A program made the translations under genes and the position numbers. Positions 1 through 9,348 of a stretch of DNA of 64,000 bases are shown here, one piece after another (position 1 is the stretch's first letter; each line of letters opens with the position of its first letter). Below the pieces are notes generated by a model. That model ran no database searches and had not been told where the DNA came from. It worked only from the letters and a program-made list of their open reading frames with translations. Source of the stretch: Bacillota bacterium. Lineage in GTDB: Bacteria; Bacillota; Sulfobacillia; JAIMAT01. The DNA lies in NCBI GenBank assembly GCA_029961055.1, contig JASBVM010000012.1:55741-119740 (forward strand). Direction: 5' to 3'.

Positions 1-239
1 ACCAGCGGGCGAAGGGCGGATCCCACTCCAGCACCTTCTCCCACGGCTTGAACCAGGTCACCTGCTCCCGGGCCATCCGCGCCCAGAAAGCCTCCGGATC
101 GCGGTCCGCTTCCTCGTAGATGGAAGGGTCGTTCCAGAGCGCCTTCTCCTTGAACTCGGGCGAAGGCTCGAAGGTCCGGTTCTCCTGAAGGAGGGCGTCC
201 AGGCCCTCCGGCAGTTCCGGTCGCTCGGGTACCGCCACC
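1..239 (-). CDS. acs: Acetyl-CoA synthetase (AMP-forming), N-terminal fragment; the gene continues beyond the window start
   Basis: Minus-strand translation VAVPERPELPEGLDALLQENRTFEPSPEFKEKALWNDPSIYEEADRDPEAFWARMAREQVTWFKPWEKVLEWDPPFARW matches the conserved Acs N-terminus (YEEA..DPE.FW....L.WFKPW..VLDW..PF.KWF). GTG start at 237-239 preceded by AGGGAGGTG RBS and an in-frame TAG. Confidence 0.7.
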
Positions 240-413
240 GACTACACCTCCCTCTTACCGGTGCAGAGAAACCACGACGCGCAGGGCTTCCTCCCGTCGC
301 CGGGCGCGCCGCGCAACTCTTTTTCATCGCCGTTCGCCGTCCTCGCCTCCTCTCCTGCGGGCGGGGCGGCGAAGAGCGGCTCCGCCCCGCCCGCCAGGGG
401 CGCCGCCTTGCGG

Positions 414-1049
414 CTAGCCCGCCCGCGCAGCGGCGCGCGCCGGGCCGGCCGCGCCCGTGTTCCTCGGTCCGACGGGAAGGACGACCCTGCCGCTCACGTC
501 GTTGATGACCCCTGCGGCCGAAGCGTACCAGGCCACCAGGGCGGTGGCGATGCCGGTCCAGCCGCCTGCGACGCCGAGGCCGGCCGATCCGAAGGCGCCC
601 AGCGTCAGCAGGAGGAAGGTGACGAAGAGAAGCGTGAAGACGGCCAGGAGCGCGTTGTTGAGGCGAAAGCTGCCGATCCACATATAGAAGGTGAAGACGG
701 TCCAGGCGAGGAGCCAGAAGCCCATGGCGTCGCCGCTCATCTCGACGTAGCCGGCGTGCTCCAGGGCCACCATGCTGGCCAGGGCGATCCAGAAGGCGCC
801 GTAGCTGGAGAAGGCCGTCGCCCCGAAGGTGTTCCGCCGCCGATACTCCCACATGCCGGCGAGGAGCTGCGCCAGACCGCCGTAGAAGAAGGCCAGGGTG
901 AGGAAGGCGGTGCCCGAACCGATCCGTCCCGCGTTGGTCGCACTGAGGATGAACGTGGTCATGGCGAAGCCCGCCAGCCCCAGCGGACCCGGGTCGGCGA
1001 TGGCCTCGCTCGTGCTCACCACCTGGACGCGCTCATCCGCCATGTGCAT
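414..1049 (-). CDS. satP: GPR1/FUN34/YaaH (SatP) family acetate/succinate transporter
   Basis: 211-aa hydrophobic protein with the NPGPLGLAGFAMTTF YaaH signature. It lies directly upstream of acs on the same strand. Confidence 0.8.
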   Translation of the reverse strand: MHMADERVQVVSTSEAIADPGPLGLAGFAMTTFILSATNAGRIGSGTAFLTLAFFYGGLAQLLAGMWEYRRRNTFGATAFSSYGAFWIALASMVALEHAGYVEMSGDAMGFWLLAWTVFTFYMWIGSFRLNNALLAVFTLLFVTFLLLTLGAFGSAGLGVAGGWTGIATALVAWYASAAGVINDVSGRVVLPVGPRNTGAAGPARAAARAG

Positions 1050-1225
1050 CCCCCCTTGTGCACATGGTTTTCGTCGTCTGCGCGACCCATCCTTTGTCGA
1101 GTCATTTGATATATGGTCGTTAGTTTGCGTCTCTCGTCCTGTGCCCGGGGCTCGGCGGAGAAGGAGCGCGTCTCGGCCGGGCCGGCGTCACCGCCGGGTT
1201 CGCACGTCGGGGACCGGGGTGACGT

Positions 1226-2044
1226 TCATCGGTCCACCCCCTGGTGGGGAGAGCCGCCGGCGGGCACGCGGAACATCCCCTTGCCCAGCCACTGCCCGCC
1301 GTCCACGGTCAGCACCTCGCCGGTGATCCAGCTCGCCTCCTCCGACAACAGGAAGCGAGCCGCCCGCGCCACGTCCTCCGGCGTTCCCAGGCGTCCCAGC
1401 GGCACCTGCGCCTCCAGCGCCCGCAGGTCGCTCTCCCCCGGGAAGAGGTGCGAGGCGGCGCCCTCGGTGGGCACCGGCCCCGGCGCGATGGCGTTGACGC
1501 GGATGCCGAAGGGCGCCCACTCCACCGCCAGCGTCCGCGTCATGGCCAGTACGCCCGCCTTGGCCGCCGCCGAGTGGACCGTGCCCGGACCGCCCGTCCA
1601 GGCGTAGCTGGCCACCACGTTGAGGATGGCGCCCCCTCCGCCGCGGCGGATGGCGTGGCGGCCGAAGGCGCGCGAGCAGTAGAAGCTCCCGTCCAGGACG
1701 ATGCCGACCACGGCGTCCCAGCCGCGCGGCGAGAGCTCCTCCGCCCGGACCACGAAGTTCCCTGCGGCGTTGTTGACCAGGAAGTCCAGCCGCCCGAACC
1801 GCTCCACCGCCGCCTCCACCACCCGCTCCACCGCCTCGGCGTCGCGGACGTCCAGCGGCATCGCCAGCGCCTCGCCTCCGGTCGTCCGGCGCAGCTCCGC
1901 CGCCGCCCCGTCCAGGCGTTCGCGGTTGCGGCTGGCGATGACCACGCGCGCCCCTTCCTCCAGCAACATCCGGCTCATGGCGTAGCCGAGGCCGGTCCCG
2001 CCGCCCGTCACCAGCGCCGCCTTGCCCTGGAAGATCCCCGCCAT
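1226..2044 (-). CDS. SDR family NAD(P)-dependent oxidoreductase (2,4-dienoyl-CoA reductase-like)
   Basis: KAALVTGGGTGLG Rossmann motif, NNAAG, catalytic S..Y...K region. The start was moved to the ATG at the MAGIF.. position. Confidence 0.8.
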   Translation of the reverse strand: MAGIFQGKAALVTGGGTGLGYAMSRMLLEEGARVVIASRNRERLDGAAAELRRTTGGEALAMPLDVRDAEAVERVVEAAVERFGRLDFLVNNAAGNFVVRAEELSPRGWDAVVGIVLDGSFYCSRAFGRHAIRRGGGGAILNVVASYAWTGGPGTVHSAAAKAGVLAMTRTLAVEWAPFGIRVNAIAPGPVPTEGAASHLFPGESDLRALEAQVPLGRLGTPEDVARAARFLLSEEASWITGEVLTVDGGQWLGKGMFRVPAGGSPHQGVDR

Positions 2045-2060
2045 CGTCCGCACCGCCCCC

Positions 2061-2768
2061 TCAGGCATCCGGCTCGCCGCGGCCGAAGCAGAGCGTGTAC
2101 CGGAACCAGCCGCCCCGCCGGCCCAGCGGGACCAGCCCCACCTCGCGGCCCGCCCGCTCCACGCACCCCGGCGACAGGAAGTCCGGATCGGCGAAGTGCT
2201 CGGTGACGCAGAGACGCCCCCCCGGGCGCAGGACCCGGCGCGCCTCGGCCAGCGCCCGGCGCCGGTCGGGCACCTCCCCGAGCACCGTCACCATCACCAC
2301 CCGGTCGAAGCTGGCGTCCCCGAAAGGAAGGCTCTGCGCGTCGCCCTGCACCAGCTCCACGTTCCGGATCCCCTGCGCCTCCAGGCGCCAGCGGATCTCC
2401 TCGAAGTGGTCGGGCTGGACGTCCAGCCCCACCAGGTGGCCGCCCGGCTCCACCGCCCCGGCCAGCGCCGGCGTCAGGAAGCCGGTCCCGACCCCCACCT
2501 CCAGCACGTCCATGCCCGGCGCCAGCTCCAGCGCGGGCAGCACCTCCCTCGGGCCCAGCGTCAGCGCCCGCAGCCGGCTTTCCAGGAAGAGCGGCTGGAT
2601 CCGCGCCGGCATCGGCCCCGGCCGCAGCCACGCCCGGACCCGCTGGGCCACGTCGACCAGCACCACGCCCAGGAGCACCCAGCCCACCGCCCTCCGGAGA
2701 GGGCTTCCTTCCCTCGCCTCCAGCCGGACCGGTGGCGTCCTCTCGGCCTGGTTCGCCTTCTCGGCCAT
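2061..2768 (-). CDS. Class I SAM-dependent methyltransferase
   Basis: VLEVGVGTGFLT (motif I) followed by a PGGRL segment. 235 aa. Confidence 0.75.
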   Translation of the reverse strand: MAEKANQAERTPPVRLEAREGSPLRRAVGWVLLGVVLVDVAQRVRAWLRPGPMPARIQPLFLESRLRALTLGPREVLPALELAPGMDVLEVGVGTGFLTPALAGAVEPGGHLVGLDVQPDHFEEIRWRLEAQGIRNVELVQGDAQSLPFGDASFDRVVMVTVLGEVPDRRRALAEARRVLRPGGRLCVTEHFADPDFLSPGCVERAGREVGLVPLGRRGGWFRYTLCFGRGEPDA

Positions 2769-2899
2769 CTCCGCACCCCCCGCGAGGCTTCCGCCTCCAT
2801 CCCGAGGCTACCGTTTCCTCCGCCGCCTTCGCCTCTCCTCCCGCCGCCCGGGCGCGAGTCGGACGGCTCTGCTACCATACCCCAGGAGGTGGCCGGCGG

Positions 2900-4078
2900 G
2901 TGCGGCTGCTGGTCTCGCCCTCTTCCTTCAAGGGGAGCCTGAGCGCGGCAGAGACGGCCGACGCCCTCGCCGAGGGCTGGTGGGAGCGGCGTCCCGGCGA
3001 CGAGCTCGTCCGGCTGCCCGTGGCGGACGGCGGCGAGGGAACGCTCGAGGCGCTCCTCCACGGCCTGGACGGCGAGCGGCGCCGCCAGCGGGTGAGCGGG
3101 CCGCTGGGCGAGCCGGTGGAGGCCGAGTGGGCGCTCCTGGCCGACGGCACCGCCGTCATCGAGATGGCCCAGGCGGCGGGCCTCGGCCTCGTCCCTCCCG
3201 GGCGGCGCGATCCGCTGCGCGCCACCAGCCGTGGCGTGGGCGAGCTGGTCCGGGCGGCCCTCGATGCCGGCGCCCGCTCGCTCCTGGTGACGGTGGGCGG
3301 AAGCGCCACCAACGACGGCGGCGCAGGCCTCCTCCAGGCGTTGGGCGCGCGCCTCCTGGACGGCTCCGGGCAGCCCCTGGAGGCGGGCGGTGCCGCCCTG
3401 TCGCGGCTGGCGGAGGTCGACCTCAGCCGCCTCGACCCCCGTCTCTCGCGCACGCCGGTGGCCGTCGCCTGCGACGTGACCAACCCGCTCCTGGGCCCGA
3501 CGGGGGCCAGCGCCGTCTACGGCCCCCAGAAAGGGGCCACGCCTGACCAGGTGGCCCGGCTCGACCGGGCGCTGGCCCGGTGGGCCGACCGGCTGGAGGC
3601 GGTCGTCCCTCCGCCGGCCGGAGGTCGCTGGCGTGACCTGCCCGGCGCGGGGGCCGCAGGCGGCACGGGCTTCGCGCTGCTCGCCGCCCTCCACGCCCGG
3701 TTCGAGCAGGGAGCGCGCCTCGTCCTGGACCGGCTGCGCTTCGACGACCGCCTCCGAGGCGTCGACCTGGTCCTGACCGGGGAGGGGCGCCTGGACCGCC
3801 AGACCGCCTACGGAAAGGCGCCGGCAGAGGTGGCCCGCCGCGCCTCGGCCCGCGGTATTCCCGTCATCGGACTGGCCGGCGGCCTCGGCGAGGGGGCGGA
3901 GCGCCTCCTGGTCGGGGAGGCCGGTTTCTCGGCGCTGCTGCCCGTGGTCGACGGACCCATGGACCTCGAAGAGGCGATGGCCGGCGCGCGCCGCCTCGTC
4001 CGCGCCGCCGCGGCCAGGGCGGCTCGTCTGGTGGAGCTGGGGCTCTTCCTCGCGGACCGGGGGAATCGGGACGGATAG
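2900..4078 (+). CDS. glxK: Glycerate kinase
   Basis: N-terminal VRLLVSPSSFKGSLSA signature of the glycerate kinase family, then TGEGRLD. GTG start at 2900 follows a GGAGGTG RBS. Confidence 0.85.
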   Translation: MRLLVSPSSFKGSLSAAETADALAEGWWERRPGDELVRLPVADGGEGTLEALLHGLDGERRRQRVSGPLGEPVEAEWALLADGTAVIEMAQAAGLGLVPPGRRDPLRATSRGVGELVRAALDAGARSLLVTVGGSATNDGGAGLLQALGARLLDGSGQPLEAGGAALSRLAEVDLSRLDPRLSRTPVAVACDVTNPLLGPTGASAVYGPQKGATPDQVARLDRALARWADRLEAVVPPPAGGRWRDLPGAGAAGGTGFALLAALHARFEQGARLVLDRLRFDDRLRGVDLVLTGEGRLDRQTAYGKAPAEVARRASARGIPVIGLAGGLGEGAERLLVGEAGFSALLPVVDGPMDLEEAMAGARRLVRAAAARAARLVELGLFLADRGNRDG

Positions 4079-4187
4079 GGGCCGCAGAGGCGATCCGGCC
4101 GGCCTGAACGGGGTGAGCCCGGGGAGCCCTCGAAGGCCGCCCGGGCTTGCTGGGGGAAGGCGGCACCTCGTCCGCCGTCGCCCAGGC

Positions 4188-4328
4188 TCAGAGGGTCAGG
4201 GCGATGCCGAATGGCGGAGGAAGCTGGTCGGAGGCGACCCGGGTCGGGATCGCCGTCCAGCTCAGCAGCGCCGCCAGCGCCAGCCCGATGCCGGCCAGGG
4301 CGACGACCCGCCACGCCCGCCGCTTCAC
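4188..4328 (-). CDS. Unlisted 46-aa ORF; candidate exported signalling pro-peptide cognate to the upstream HTH-TPR regulator
   Basis: GTG start with GAGGTGA RBS 7 nt upstream. Product VKRRAWRVVALAGIGLALAALLSWTAIPTRVASDQLPPPFGIALTL has a basic N-terminus, hydrophobic core and a short C-terminal tail. GC3 is high. It sits 57 nt downstream of the regulator on the same strand. Confidence 0.35.
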   Translation of the reverse strand: MKRRAWRVVALAGIGLALAALLSWTAIPTRVASDQLPPPFGIALTL

Positions 4329-4385
4329 GCCGGGCTCACCTCGCTTCCGCTCGGGAGACTCCGGCCCGCGACAGGGATACCGTCC

Positions 4386-5672
4386 TCAGCGACGACCCTG
4401 GTGCCGTGCCTTCTGCCGCAGGTCCGCCGCGGGGGCGGAGCCGCTGCCGCTGCTCCTGCGGTAGCTGTCCAGGATCGATTCTATGATCCACCACACCTGA
4501 GGCTGCAGTTCATGCTGGAGCGCCTCGGCGGCCAGCCGGTACTGCGCCGTCGCCTCGGGCGCCGCCTGGCTGGCGGCGGCCACCTCGCCCAGCGCCAGGT
4601 GCGCCAGCGCGGCGTCGAGGCCGCTGGCACCGGCAAGGAGCGCCCGCTTGGCCGCCTTCTCCGCCTCCGGGAAGTCGCCGTCCAGAAGCGCCGCCCGCGC
4701 CGCCTCCGGCCAGAAGGAGGCAGCCCATTCCCGGGCGGTCCGCGGCTCGTGCAGCTCGAGGTAGGTGAAGATCCGCCGGGCCACGTGGAGACGGCCGGCG
4801 TCGGTCAGGGCGATGGCCACGTTGAGGAGGATGTGGGGGAGCAGGTCGTCGGCGCCCGCCTCCCGGGCCGCCCGGAGGGCCAGGCGCCCTTGGTGGAAGG
4901 CCTCCTCCGCCCTGCCCAGCCGGCGCAGCGCCACACCCAGGCCCATGCGGGCCCGAGCCTCGTCCCGGCCGGGTGCCTCGCCGGCCAGCATGGCCAACGC
5001 CCGCCGGTACCACCGCTCCGCCAGCTGCACCAGGCCGAGGGAGAGGACCACCGTGCCCAGGTTGATGGCGACTCGGGCCATCTCCTCGCCGGGGGCCTGC
5101 TCGCGCTGCGCCGTGTCGTAGGCGACGATATGGTGCTGGAGCGCCCGCTCCAGATCCGAGCGCTCGCCCGCGCTCAGCCCGAGGAGCTGCTCCGCGACGG
5201 CCTGGAGACGGAGCTCGCCCGCCGCCCGGGCCGACCGGCGGACGCTCTGCAGCTGCCGCCGCGCCCGCCGCCCGTCCCCCCAGCGGAGCTCGGCGTCGGC
5301 CGCCCGCAGCCGGACCTCGAGGGCCTGGCCGTAGGTCCCCCGCCGTCGCGCCAGGACGACCGCCCGGGCGAAGAGCCGCCGGGCCATCCGCGCGTGGCCC
5401 CGGCGGGCGAGCCAGACCGCCACCTCCGACAGGCTCGACTCGGAATCGACCGACTCCATCCAGACGGTGGCGATCCGCTCGGCCGGGAGCTCCAGGAGCT
5501 CGCTGATCGCCTCCAGCCGGCGAACCGGGGGGAGGCGGCGCCCGCTCTCCCAGCTGTCCCAGGTCTCCTCCGTGACGCCAAGCCGCCGCGCCAGGTCGGG
5601 AACCGCCCAGCTCGCCCTGCGCCGGGCCAGCGCCAGGAGGTCCCCCACCGCTCCGGCCGGTCGTTCGCCCAC
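4386..5672 (-). CDS. Transcriptional regulator with N-terminal XRE-type HTH and C-terminal TPR repeats (RNPP/NprR-like architecture)
   Basis: HTH segment GDLLALARRRASWAVPDLARRLGVTEETWDSWESGRRLP, followed by about 350 aa of TPR-like helical repeats. Start uncertain: GTG at 5672 or 5681, or ATG at 5795. Confidence 0.6.
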   Translation of the reverse strand: MGERPAGAVGDLLALARRRASWAVPDLARRLGVTEETWDSWESGRRLPPVRRLEAISELLELPAERIATVWMESVDSESSLSEVAVWLARRGHARMARRLFARAVVLARRRGTYGQALEVRLRAADAELRWGDGRRARRQLQSVRRSARAAGELRLQAVAEQLLGLSAGERSDLERALQHHIVAYDTAQREQAPGEEMARVAINLGTVVLSLGLVQLAERWYRRALAMLAGEAPGRDEARARMGLGVALRRLGRAEEAFHQGRLALRAAREAGADDLLPHILLNVAIALTDAGRLHVARRIFTYLELHEPRTAREWAASFWPEAARAALLDGDFPEAEKAAKRALLAGASGLDAALAHLALGEVAAASQAAPEATAQYRLAAEALQHELQPQVWWIIESILDSYRRSSGSGSAPAADLRQKARHQGRR

Positions 5673-5843
5673 CCAAGCCACCCCCGTCGTCCAGGGACAG
5701 GATCGAGGCGCCGTCGCTGGGTCCCCGTTGGAAACATCTTGACGCCAGAGCGCAGAGGGTGACAAGCGCAGACGACGGGAGACGGACCGTGACAAAAGAA
5801 GGGCGGCGTCCCGCGACGCCGCCTCATGGAGCCGCCCTTCGCC

Positions 5844-6422
5844 TCAGAAGCCGGGCATGCCCGCCATGGCCGGGAAGGCCTGCGCGGCGGGGCGCATGAT
5901 GTCGCTCTGGACCGGCGGCACGGGGTACCAGTTGTGGGCGTGCAGGTACTGGAAGAGCTCGTAGGCCATGTCGGCGTGGTCCTTGCACATGCCGAGCAGC
6001 GCCTGCCGGACCTGCGGGGTGGCCGCCTCCAGGCCGGCGTGGAGCGTCTCCGTCGCATGCCATTTGCACCGATCCAGGGAGTCGACGGCGACGGTCCGGT
6101 CCGAAGCGCGATGGTCGCGAAACTCGTTGGCCTGAAAGGGCTGGAAGCCGCCCTGGGGGTTCCAGCCCTGGTTGCCGAAACCGCCCCCGTATTGGCCGGT
6201 GTAGTTGAAGTCGGGCGCCGAGGACGGCGTCTGCCCGCTTTGGGCCAGGAAGTTGCGCAGGGTGTTGTAGTGCTGCTGGTGGGCGCGCAGGTGCCGCTCC
6301 AGGATGCTCCGCAGCTGCGGATCCTGGACGGCGTTGACGTCGACCATCAGCTTGTCGATGGCGGCGGCGTGACCGTTGAGGATCTCGGTCAGCGAAAGCG
6401 CTTCCTTTTGCGTGATGGGCAT
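5844..6422 (-). CDS. Spore coat protein, CotF/coat F domain family
   Basis: MPITQKEALSLTEILNGHAAAIDKLM...ERHLRAHQQHY...LLGMCKDHADMAYELFQYLHAHNWY is characteristic of the ferritin-like CotF family. GGAAAGGGG RBS. Confidence 0.75.
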   Translation of the reverse strand: MPITQKEALSLTEILNGHAAAIDKLMVDVNAVQDPQLRSILERHLRAHQQHYNTLRNFLAQSGQTPSSAPDFNYTGQYGGGFGNQGWNPQGGFQPFQANEFRDHRASDRTVAVDSLDRCKWHATETLHAGLEAATPQVRQALLGMCKDHADMAYELFQYLHAHNWYPVPPVQSDIMRPAAQAFPAMAGMPGF

Positions 6423-6547
6423 GGCCCAACCCCTTTCCGGGCAAGTCTGGACGGGCCGGGGTTTCCGGTCCGCCCTAAACATGCCCTCTCGCTCCCGCCG
6501 GCATGCGCGCCGTCGCGCGCGCCGGCCGCCCTTGGGGCGCGTCGGCG

Positions 6548-8392
6548 TCAGACGATGCGGACCTTGTACTGCCGCAGCCAGGCGTCCGTCTGGACCAGGT
6601 AGGCGAAGAGCTGGGCGCCGCCCAGCAGCTGCGAGAACCAGGCCGGGTCGAAGGAACGGCCGTCCTCCTCGATCAGGGCGCGGACGCGCGCCACGTCGAG
6701 GAGCGGTACCAGCGGGGAGTCGGAATCCTCCAGGATGGCTTCCAGCCGCCGGCGCACCTCCTGCCGGAAGCCGGGGTGGTGGCTCTTGGGATAGGGACTC
6801 TTCCTTCTGGCCAGGACCTCCTCGGGCAGGATGCCGCGCATGGCCAGGCGGAGGATCCCCTTTTCGCGTCCACCCGCCGTCTTCAGCCGCCAGGGGATGT
6901 TCCAGACGTATTGGACGAGACGGTGGTCGCAGAAGGGGACCCGGACCTCCAGGCCGACACGCATGCTCATGCGGTCCATCCGGTCGAGCAGGATGGGCAG
7001 GAAGCGGGTGATATTGATGTACGACATGGCCCGCATGCGGGCCTCTTCCTCCCCCTCCCCGGGAAGTGGCGGCACCTCGGCGAGCGCTTCGCGAAAGCGC
7101 TCGGCCGCGTACTCCAAGGGGCGGACCCGGCGCCGCACGTCCGGCGCCAGGAGTTCGGCCCGTTCGGCGATCTTCCTCACCCAGGGAAGGCTTGGCCCGT
7201 CCAGCGCGCGGGGATCGCGGAACCAGGGATATCCCCCGAAGACCTCGTCGGCCGCCTCGCCCACCAGGGCGACGGTCGCCTCCCGTCTCACCTCGCGGCT
7301 GAAGAGGTAGAGCGAGGCGTCCACGTCCGCCATGCCGGGCAGATCCCGCGCCAGGAGGGCGGGCCGGAGCGCCGCCGCCAGCTCGCCGCTGTCGATGAGG
7401 AAGTCCCGGTGCCGCGTGGCGAAGGTCTCGGCCACCCGGTGGGCCCAGGGGCCGTCGGCATCGGGCTGGAAGGCGTTCGGCCGGAAGTAGCGGTCGTTCC
7501 CCACGTAGTCGACGCTGAAGGTCTGAAACGGGCCGCGGCCTTCGCGCCGGAAGGCGGCGGCCGCGAAGGCGGTGACCGCGCTGGAGTCGAGCCCGCCGGA
7601 GAGGAGGGCGCCGAGGGGCACGTCGGAGACCAGCTGCCGGCGGACCGCGTCCTCCAGGAGCTCCCGCACGCGGGCCGCTGTCGCCTCCAGCGAGTCGACG
7701 TGCGGCCGGCTCTCCAGCCGCCAGTAGCGGCGAAGCTCGACGCCCCGGCGGTCGAAGCGGAGCCAGCTGCCCGGCCGGAGCTCCTCGACGCCACGGAAGA
7801 CGCCCAGGCCCGGCGTCCGGCTCGGGCCCATGACGAAGATCTCGGCCAGGCCTTCCCCGTCGATCTCCGCCTCCATCGCCGGGTGGGCGAGGAGCGCCTT
7901 GATCTCCGAGCCGAAGAGGAGCCCGCCGCCGCGCCGCGCGAAGAAGAGCGGCTTGACGCCGAGCGGGTCGCGCGCCAGGAAGAGCGCCTCTTCCTCCTCG
8001 TCCCAGATGGCGAAGGCGAAGATCCCGTTGAGGCGCTCCGGTGCCCGCTCCCCCCACTCCATGTAACTGGCCAGGAGCACCTCGGTGTCGGAGTGGCCGC
8101 GGAAGCTGTAACCGCGGGCCAGGAGTTCGCCCCGCAGCTCCTCGGTGTTGTACAGCTCGCCGTTGTAGGTGAGGACGTAGCGGGCGCCGTGCCGCTCGCG
8201 CACCATGGGCTGGACGCCCACCTCGGGGTCGACCACGATCAGCCTGCGGTGGGCCAGCGCGGCGTGCGGCGAGAGCCAGAGGCCGGAATCGTCGGGTCCC
8301 CGGCAGGCCAGGGTGGCCCCCATCGCCTCCGCCACTCCAGCTTCCTGGCGGAGATCCCGCTCCCAGTCCACCCACCCTGCGATTCCGCACAC
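6548..8392 (-). CDS. asnB: Asparagine synthase (glutamine-hydrolysing)
   Basis: N-terminal MCGIAG nucleophile; SGGLDSS PP-loop; full-length 614 aa. Confidence 0.9.
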   Translation of the reverse strand: MCGIAGWVDWERDLRQEAGVAEAMGATLACRGPDDSGLWLSPHAALAHRRLIVVDPEVGVQPMVRERHGARYVLTYNGELYNTEELRGELLARGYSFRGHSDTEVLLASYMEWGERAPERLNGIFAFAIWDEEEEALFLARDPLGVKPLFFARRGGGLLFGSEIKALLAHPAMEAEIDGEGLAEIFVMGPSRTPGLGVFRGVEELRPGSWLRFDRRGVELRRYWRLESRPHVDSLEATAARVRELLEDAVRRQLVSDVPLGALLSGGLDSSAVTAFAAAAFRREGRGPFQTFSVDYVGNDRYFRPNAFQPDADGPWAHRVAETFATRHRDFLIDSGELAAALRPALLARDLPGMADVDASLYLFSREVRREATVALVGEAADEVFGGYPWFRDPRALDGPSLPWVRKIAERAELLAPDVRRRVRPLEYAAERFREALAEVPPLPGEGEEEARMRAMSYINITRFLPILLDRMDRMSMRVGLEVRVPFCDHRLVQYVWNIPWRLKTAGGREKGILRLAMRGILPEEVLARRKSPYPKSHHPGFRQEVRRRLEAILEDSDSPLVPLLDVARVRALIEEDGRSFDPAWFSQLLGGAQLFAYLVQTDAWLRQYKVRIV

Positions 8393-8458
8393 GGCTCCGT
8401 CACCTCGCCCCGGCCTATGCGGCGACGGAGCCGCCGGGTGTTTGTCTGAGGAAGGACT

Positions 8459-8464
8459 TATAAT
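8459..8464 (+). promoter_or_regulatory. Candidate sigma-A -10 box (TATAAT) upstream of the TauE/DUF81 operon
   Basis: Perfect TATAAT in a locally AT-richer stretch about 42 nt upstream of the ATG at 8506. The -35 is unclear. Confidence 0.3.
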
Positions 8465-8505
8465 GGCGGAGGCTTCAACGACCTCCTCGGGAGCGGTTAT
8501 CGTTC

Positions 8506-9345
8506 ATGCACCTGCTGGACTTCAGCCTCGTAGCCTTCGCGGCTTCGGTGGTCTTCGGCCTGTTGGGATCGCTCCTGGGGCTCGGTGGCGGGGTCTTCGT
8601 AGTCCCCATGCTTACCCTGGGGCTGGGGCTGGACATCCACGACGCCATCGGCGCCAGCATCGTCACCGTGATCGCCACCTCCAGCGGCGCCGCGGCCACT
8701 TACGTCCGCGACCATCTGACCAACATCCGGGTCGCCATGTTCCTGGAGATGGCCACCACGACGGGCGCCATCACGGGGGCGTTCCTGAGCGGTATCATCC
8801 CGGCCCGTTACCTTTACATCATCTTTGCGGCGCTGATGGGCTGGTCGGCACTGAACGCGCTCCAGAAGAGTCGCGGCACGCCCCCGGAGCCCCGTCAGGC
8901 CAGCCCCCTGGCGCGACGGCTGAAGCTCCAGGGCAGCTACTACGACGCGGCCCTGGGCCGGCAGGTGGAGTATGCCGCCACCGCCGTTCCCCAGGGATTC
9001 GGCATGATGTACGTGGCGGGTCTGATCTCGGGCCTGCTGGGAATCGGCTCCGGTGCCCTCAAGGTTCTGGCCATGGACGGCTTCATGCGGCTCCCGCTCA
9101 AGGTCTCCTCCGCCACCAGCAACTTCATGATGGGGGTGACGGCCGCGGCCAGCGCGGCCATCTACTTCGCCCGCGGTGACATCCGTCCGGAGACGACGGC
9201 GCCGGTCGCCCTGGGCGTCCTGCTGGGGGCCTCGCTGGGTTCGCTGGTCCTGACGCGGATCAGGAACCGGACGCTCCGGCTGATCGCCGTCCCGATCCTT
9301 CTTTTCATCGGCGTGGAGATGCTGTTGCGGGGTCTGGGGGGATAG
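8506..9345 (+). CDS. TauE/SafE (DUF81) family sulfite/anion exporter
   Basis: Two-repeat membrane protein with GLLGSLLGLGGGVFVVP and GLLGIGSGALKV motifs. Confidence 0.85.
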   Translation: MHLLDFSLVAFAASVVFGLLGSLLGLGGGVFVVPMLTLGLGLDIHDAIGASIVTVIATSSGAAATYVRDHLTNIRVAMFLEMATTTGAITGAFLSGIIPARYLYIIFAALMGWSALNALQKSRGTPPEPRQASPLARRLKLQGSYYDAALGRQVEYAATAVPQGFGMMYVAGLISGLLGIGSGALKVLAMDGFMRLPLKVSSATSNFMMGVTAAASAAIYFARGDIRPETTAPVALGVLLGASLGSLVLTRIRNRTLRLIAVPILLFIGVEMLLRGLGG

Positions 9346-9348
9346 ACG

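Noticed and set aside
6423-8390. Upper part of the 848-aa minus ORF 5844..8390, low-complexity R/G/P-rich
   Set aside because: It is an alternative frame of asnB (6548-8392, same strand) with arginine/proline-rich junk translation. Only its last 192 codons (the CotF-like gene) are real.
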